DNA of 63,565 nucleotides, filler included, from Octopus bimaculoides (taxonomy: Eukaryota), in assembly GCF_001194135.2 (NCBI RefSeq). It is 7 parts of 6 records of this genome, joined end to end, with 100 filler letters (N's around TTAATTAATTAA, not from the genome) between each part and the next. Parts side by side here need not be neighbours in the genome. Positions count along the whole stretch, not along the records: positions 56,577 to 61,937 come from NC_069003.1; positions 62,038 to 63,565 come from NW_026390615.1; 5 more parts are not named here. One strand, given 5' to 3'. Below, piece by piece: positions 60,105-63,565 of the stretch (its first letter is position 1; each line of letters starts with the position of its first letter). A model generated the notes under the pieces. The model saw only the letters and a program-made list of their open reading frames with translations, had not been told where the DNA came from and did not search any database. The position numbers and the translations under genes are program-made.

Positions 60105-60938
60105 ATGGACATGTTATGAAAGACATTTCAAATTGTTAGAACAGTTCCACCAAAAAGGCCTTCATCGTATTTTGAACATTAAATGGAGTTCTTTTACTCC
60201 CAACACAGATGTCCTTGCGTCTGCAGGCATCACCTCAATTAAAGCAATGATTTTGAGAAACCAAATGAGATGGCGTGGCCTATTGTTCGAATGACGGATA
60301 AACGCACACCCAAACAGCTGTTTTATGGTGAGCTTGCAGAGGGGAAATGCTATCAATGAAAACCTAAAAAAAAAAAGGTTTAAGAACGGCATAAGAACTA
60401 CCATGAAGTTGCTTGGAATGGATCCAAAGGACATAGAAACCCTTGCTTCGGATCGAGTTAGATTGCGAACAAAAGTGTGGAGTGAAGTGAAAGCATTTGA
60501 AGAGGCCAGGATAAGACATGCAAGACTCAAGAGAGATTTAAGGAAGAGTGTTACGATCACGAAGGTGAATCACAATGATCTTTTGTGTGAACAGTTTGTG
60601 ACAGACCATGCCTTTCTTTTGCTGGGTTTAAATCTCATTTGCGAACCCATGAACAACGAACTTCCACCAACTATTCTGCCTATATGTCTGTGCAGACCTT
60701 TCAGTGCAATGTATGCCAGAAGATCTGCAAATCTAATGGAGGCCTCAAAGGAGATATTAAAATCCACAAGGATCAGAACTTAACTGCAGCTCTTGGTGGT
60801 CCAAATTGGACATGCAATCTATGTGGGATGTCTTTTCAAACCATTGTCTGGTTTAAAAAGCCACATCAGATGTCATGATGGAGGTAAGGTGTAGGCACAG
60901 GAGGCGCTCGAACTCTGCATAAGGAGTAGACAACCACT
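60105..60938 (+). mobile_element. RTE (BovB-like) LINE 3' fragment with three C-terminal C2H2-like fingers, flanked by (TATG)n
   Basis: WTCYERHFKLLEQFHQ..RILNIKW..QMRW.G..RM.D.RTPKQLFYGEL..GK..KRFK; CDRPC..KSHLRTH; CNVC..LKG.IKIH; CNLC..LKSHIRCH. Confidence 0.85.
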
Positions 60939-61166
60939 ATGTATGTATGTATGTATGTATGTATGTATGTATGTATGTATGTATGTATGTATGTATTAAC
61001 TATATGGCTTGGATAATTGTTCGGCTATGTCTTAACATGAAACCAATGGTAACCTTAATACAAAGATAAAGAATCTTTATTCACCAATGTGGTGTTGAGC
61101 ACTCATTCTCATTGTTTGATATTTACATACACACACAAACGCGCGCACGCGCGCACACAACACGCG

Positions 61167-61201
<35 letters not shown>

Positions 61202-61211
61202 GAATATATAT

Positions 61212-61391
61212 TATCATACAGACAAGACAGTAATATTTCGACCGCGGTATAACCATAAAAGCATCAGAAAGATTGGGCATTTTACCCTTGTATGACGGAA
61301 AAAGTTGTCATATAAGGGTAAAATAGCCAATCTTTCTGCTGTTTTCACAGCTATACTGCGGTCGAAATATTACTTTCTTGTCTCTATGGTA
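61212..61391. repeat. 180-bp imperfect palindrome (~85-bp arms, 10-nt spacer)
   Basis: Left arm 61212-61296 is the reverse complement of right arm 61307-61391 (e.g. AGTAATATTTCGACCGC/GCGGTCGAAATATTACT; CAGAAAGATTGG/CCAATCTTTCTG). Confidence 0.85.
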
Positions 61392-61479
61392 CGATACACA
61401 TTTGACGCCTACAAGAACAAAAAAGTTTCTTCACATATCTTGTTGTGTGTGTATATATTATCTTCTTCCCTCCTGGCCC

Positions 61480-61937
61480 CTCTAAACTTCTCTTCACTCT
61501 CGACATCCAGAGCCCTTACATGGTGATCCTTCACCACGAGGGGCTGCGCGCACTCCAACATTTCCTTGACCTGCGACCAAAGCTCCAGCCTGACACATCC
61601 GCACTCCTTCGAATGGCCGAACTTGTCCTCTCACTTAACTGCTTCTCGTTCGCTGGTGATTTTTACCAGCACGCCTAGAGAGTGGCCACGGGAACGAGAA
61701 TGGGCCCCAGCTATTCGAACCTGTTCGTTGGCTACGTTGAAGCCCAAATATTCTCAAGTTCACTGATCCCACTCCCGAACTATACGGCCGTTATATTGAC
61801 GGCTGTATCGGTGCGACCTCACTCTCCCGCGAACATCTAGACTCCTTCCTCCCTTTTGTCAAATCTTTCCATCCTGCCCGCCACTTCTCCTGCACCATCT
61901 CTGACACTTCTGTCTCCTTTCTTGACATTTCGGTCAG
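61480..61937 (+). mobile_element. Penelope-like reverse transcriptase fragment
   Basis: TLDIQSPYMVILHHEGLRAL..LVLSLNCFSFAGDFYQ..VATGTRMGPSYSNLFVGYVE..YGRYIDGCIG..FHP..ISDTSVSFLDISV. Confidence 0.9.
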
Positions 61938-63093
61938 NNNNNNNNNNNNNNNNNNNNNNNNNNNNNNNNNNNNNNNNNNNNTTAATTAATTAANNNNNNN
62001 NNNNNNNNNNNNNNNNNNNNNNNNNNNNNNNNNNNNNTGTCCATGTGAAGTGCTTGTGTGTGTACGTGCGTGTGTGTGTATAAAAAGAGAATTACAAACC
62101 GATAATAGTAAATAGAGGTATAATAATCTTTCCACTTGGTAAGATCGAATTTCAATTGACTGGTTTCTCATCTTTTCCATTAATTAACTAAAACACAATT
62201 TTAAAATTGTACTCTGAATTTAATACTGATCAAAGTATTATAACATGCACAATCACAAAGTTTTCAATGCTTGAATAAAATGTAATATACTGAACAAACA
62301 TTTATTTTGATGTTGCTAATCTAGTATCGTTTCGTTGTAAGAAAAACACGTTTTTTCATGACAGATTTTTGGTTTATTAATGGAGAAAATGTAATTCATA
62401 CTGTTTACATTTTTTTCTAATTTTATTTCTTATTTTTTCTTCGACATAGAGAAGTTGGGAATATTTTCAACAATATTGGTTTTGAATAAAATACATTCAC
62501 ACACATATATGCACATATAAGTACATCTACCTACCTGCCTACATACATATAAACACACAATAAACAGTGGTTATACCGTAAGTTAATGGGGACATTTCTA
62601 CACTGGCAGACGACGACATGATACCGAATAAAGGCATCTCAGGAAGCTTTTGGTACTAATATTTCCAAATTAAGAAAAAAATAATTAAATTTAAAAAATG
62701 GAATTTGTGCATTTCAGTTATGAATTTATTAACCCATTCCACCCATTATGAAACTGTTTTTTTTTTCTTTTTAACAGAGCTTCAGCACAGGATCTAGCCA
62801 CTACATCTTCATAAAAATATGCAAAAATGGAATTACGCAACAAGAATTAGTGAAGAATCTAAGACAGGATTTTGATCTTTATTACTTTATATTTCTGACT
62901 TGGTTAATTTGCAATTTGCTTCTTGGCAGAATGTTTGTTATTTTTGTCCACTAAGTGTTGAAAGAAGACATGTACATTTTCCTAAGGACTTTTGCACAAG
63001 AACAAAGTGCTGACATTATATTTCAATACAATATTTGAGAACAATGAAGTTTTAAGGTGAAAATTAACAATATTAATAAAAATAACAATAGAC

Positions 63094-63095
<2 letters not shown>

Positions 63096-63157
<62 letters not shown>
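63096..63157. repeat. (AAT)n microsatellite
   Basis: Direct observation. Confidence 0.95.
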
Positions 63158-63160
<3 letters not shown>

Positions 63161-63518
63161 AAAAAACGGGTAATAATTATATTTACTTTTTCCATCTTGA
63201 GAAAAAAAATCGTGATAATATTTGTCGTAGACATTTCTACGTCGTAATCATAACAGCATAAAATTTATATGAGAGTATATCAAAAGTAAAGAAGTATATT
63301 TTGGAACTTTTGATAGAATATACAAATAAAAAGGCACCATTCTCTCTACTGGATATAATTTCATGCAAAGTGTATTTTTATTTAAAAAATATTTTTAGTG
63401 TAACCAACGTAATGTCACTTTGTGTAAATCTTTGGTCCTTTTCTTTCTATATAACAGTAACTAAGCATAGAATTGAACAATAATAAACGAATTCAAGTCC
63501 AAGTTATACTAAGATTAG

Positions 63519-63522
<4 letters not shown>

Positions 63523-63565
<43 letters not shown>
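63523..63565. repeat. (AT)n microsatellite
   Basis: Direct observation. Confidence 0.95.

Noticed and set aside
62779-62955. Strong acceptor TTTTAACAG followed by a ~57-codon open frame
   Set aside because: No convincing donor or recognisable homology; expected by chance in T-rich DNA.

Overview
AT-rich, gap-riddled eukaryotic genomic DNA. The SINE families and the dense (AT)n/(GT)n/(ATAC)n microsatellites resemble a coleoid cephalopod, probably Octopus (inference, not verified). Most of the window is a transposon graveyard: R4/Dong-like, HERO-like, CR1, L1/Tx1 and RTE non-LTR fragments; at least four Penelope-like (PLE) RT or GIY-YIG fragments; mariner, Tc1 and pogo DNA transposons and MITEs; a complete internally deleted Helitron with 23-aa STPR-like repeats; a Helentron/HINE-type element; and about 30 tRNA-derived SINE pieces. 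The only substantial host-gene candidate is a Lys/Ser-rich orphan ORF or terminal exon at 55424-56294 (+). The most notable unexplained signal is a set of hand-folded type I hammerhead-ribozyme-like motifs in several unrelated non-coding repeat families. The best are 48944-49017 (-), 8010-8070 (+), 290-340 (-) and 4076-4121 (-); the last lies inside a tRNA-headed SINE. This suggests several families of ribozyme-bearing non-autonomous retroelements dependent on PLE machinery. All protein and RNA assignments come from motif recognition by eye; no searches were run. Most long ORFs in the track are artefacts of N runs or microsatellites.
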